Below, in pieces: positions 62,671-64,000 of a stretch of 64,000 nucleotides of DNA. This DNA comes from an uncultured bacterium (GTDB taxonomy: Bacteria > Patescibacteriota > Saccharimonadia > UBA4664): NCBI GenBank assembly GCA_963720265.1, contig CAVRET010000001.1:69916-133915 (forward strand), written 5' to 3'. Position 1 is the stretch's first letter, and each line of letters starts with the position of its first letter. The position numbers and the translations under genes are program-made. The notes beneath the pieces were generated by a model. It was not told the DNA's origin. It did not search any database and saw only the letters and a list, made by a program, of their open reading frames with translations.

Positions 62671-62987
62671 AGCAGCAGAAAGCCCACGATCAGTGTGACT
62701 AATCGCATCATAAAGCCAACAAGTCGTGACACGGCGTTATCGCCAAGGGCACGCACGCGTTCATCAAGACTGCCACCCGGCGGCGTTACGATGCGGCGCC
62801 AGGGCGCGAACAATGTTTGCAGCAAAATCGGGATCGAAAAGGTCTGATAGGTAGAACGCAAGCGGCTTTCGAGACGACCGGCAGTATCGCGCCAGCCCGG
62901 CCCATACCACCACTGGATAAACGCCACCACAAGCATAAGAATATTGTAGCAGGATTGTGGGCAGGTCGGGAGATAGATAAAAAGCAA
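62577..62987 (-). CDS. Small polytopic membrane protein, overlapping the 5' end of the Clp-like gene in another frame
   Basis: The 136-aa ORF has three or four hydrophobic helices. It overlaps the Clp ORF by 94 nt. Confidence 0.35.
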   Translation of the reverse strand: MLFIYLPTCPQSCYNILMLVVAFIQWWYGPGWRDTAGRLESRLRSTYQTFSIPILLQTLFAPWRRIVTPPGGSLDERVRALGDNAVSRLVGFMMRLVTLIVGFLLLCIYTAFGGIVLITWPLLPLLGPALIVAGLL

Positions 62988-63030
62988 CAGTCCCGATCGG
63001 GACTGTGCCTAATCGGGAGCAATGGGGGTT

Positions 63031-63612
63031 CTAGCGTGGCTCAAGGAACCGGCCGTTTGGTCCGGCCCAGAGCTGGAACGTCAAGTGATCAGGCGGCACA
63101 CCTTGCCAGTCACGCACGAGTTCGGGCATGCGCTCGAGCCAGTTGTAGCCCACTATTACGGGCTCGCCGACGTCCGGTTGTCGCATTATTCCAGGCCAGC
63201 CGCCGCCCATCCTGACCGTAATCCAGAAGTGGAGCCAATTCCTAAACCCGAGGAGCTCGAGGGTGAGCTCAGTGCGGGTTTGGGTGTGAACTGAACCAAA
63301 GGGGCTCGTAATGACTTTCGGCCGCGCGAGCCGCTGCCTGTAGCGTATGGCCATAGTCGGATGGCCGATCACAAGGAGCTGGTACCACGGAGACAACTGT
63401 TCGCCAAGCCGGATGACATGGACCGCATGTGCCTGCGGCGAGGATATGAGCCCATAGGCCAGGGGTGAGAGACGCCGCAAGGCATTGGTATCCCACGCGA
63501 ATACGTTCACCGTCGCTCCCTTCCGGTTGTGTGAGCTGTCAGCATGTTGACCGGTTATTTGTATCCCATTTCCCCTCGTTTGTCGACGGGTGTGGCATAA
63601 AAGTATTGACAA
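63031..63612 (-). CDS. Hypothetical protein (193 aa)
   Basis: ORF with protein-like composition (His/Trp-rich). No motif was recognised. Confidence 0.35.
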   Translation of the reverse strand: MSILLCHTRRQTRGNGIQITGQHADSSHNRKGATVNVFAWDTNALRRLSPLAYGLISSPQAHAVHVIRLGEQLSPWYQLLVIGHPTMAIRYRQRLARPKVITSPFGSVHTQTRTELTLELLGFRNWLHFWITVRMGGGWPGIMRQPDVGEPVIVGYNWLERMPELVRDWQGVPPDHLTFQLWAGPNGRFLEPR

Positions 63613-63634
63613 TTATTAGCAAAAGGGGTATACT
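63606..63634 (+). promoter_or_regulatory. Consensus sigma-70 promoter TTGACA-17-TATACT
   Basis: Seen directly. It lies upstream of the secreted-protein ORF starting at 63731. Confidence 0.55.
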
Positions 63635-63730
63635 GCTTCTCGTCCGCTGGAACGGCCTTGGAAACGAGGTCTTTTTTAGTAGGCGAATCGTAACTGAAAG
63701 GTATAAGAGTCCCGAGTTTTCGTGGCCCCT

Positions 63731-64000
63731 ATGCGTAACATTACAAAGCTGGGAGTGCTGCTTGCACTCTTTGCTACTCAGGTCAATGTGCCAAGCCTCG
63801 GCTTTGGCAATTCGGCCGCCGCGGACACGAGTACTACTACTCAGACCGTGAGTGTCTACGAGGTGAAATTGAATACCGGCAGCAGCACGCCCGTGCAGCT
63901 GGTGGCTGGGCCTACAGGCGACTACAACACGCAAGTGTTGGCCCCGCTTGAGTCCGACCAAGCTGCTGAGGCGGCCGCCAAAGCCAAAGCGGCTGCAATT
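63731..64000 (+). CDS. Secreted/exported protein, N-terminal fragment; continues beyond the window
   Basis: The ATG opens a frame to the window end. The signal peptide is MRNITKLGVLLALFATQVNVPSLGFGNSAAA. The RBS is weak. Confidence 0.4.
   Translation, partial: MRNITKLGVLLALFATQVNVPSLGFGNSAAADTSTTTQTVSVYEVKLNTGSSTPVQLVAGPTGDYNTQVLAPLESDQAAEAAAKAKAAAI

Noticed and set aside
1-64000. CRISPR arrays, rRNA or tRNA genes, transposases and restriction-modification or other canonical defence genes
   Set aside because: No array of regularly spaced repeats, no rRNA-like conserved stretches, no tRNA cloverleaf candidates and no recognisable nuclease, transposase or integrase ORFs were seen. Only the short tandem repeats reported above are present.

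Overview
This is a dense, mostly housekeeping chromosomal segment of about 54-56% GC. Several features point to a monoderm (Gram-positive-type) bacterium with a streamlined genome. These are an LPXTG sortase substrate, a PcsB-like CHAP hydrolase next to ftsEX, an alpha2-type GlyRS, an archaeal-type class I LysRS, an actinobacterial-type TopA C-terminus, and BldC homologues. The lineage cannot be fixed from sequence alone. Actinobacteria-like and Saccharibacteria/CPR-like organisms are both plausible.

Gene content on the + strand runs from a class B PBP 3' end through greA, class I lysK, serS, hpf, two paralogous OmpR-type winged-helix regulators (the second frameshifted at a G6 tract), secA, an M16 peptidase and an LPXTG surface protein. 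It then continues into a compact dcw cluster: mraZ, rsmH, ftsL, ftsI, mraY, ftsW, murG and ftsQ. The cluster has no mur ligases, and ftsA/ftsZ do not follow ftsQ.

The - strand carries an orphan 931-aa type IV secretion system (T4SS)-like P-loop ATPase, an N-terminal sigma-70 region 4 protein, galU, a YvcK/CofD-family gene, glyQS, recO, a stand-alone receiver with a giant GAF/PAS histidine kinase, xseA and xseB (split by an inserted ORF), pyrG, an S41 protease, a pcsB-like gene with ftsX and ftsE, prfB (no programmed frameshift) with a trailing small methyltransferase, a class A PBP, topA, a DEAD-box helicase and a membrane-anchored ClpB/ClpC-like AAA+ ATPase. No rRNA, tRNA, CRISPR array, integrase or transposase was recognised.

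The most unusual element is a ~3.3-kb insertion at 28.6-31.9 kb between recO and glyQS, two genes that are normally adjacent. It holds five paralogous BldC-like (Xis/MerR-type HTH) genes, three of which encode proteins built from three tandem BldC-like domains. Two small acidic paralogues are interleaved with them. This looks like a previously undescribed expanded regulator or 'covalent BldC oligomer' system.
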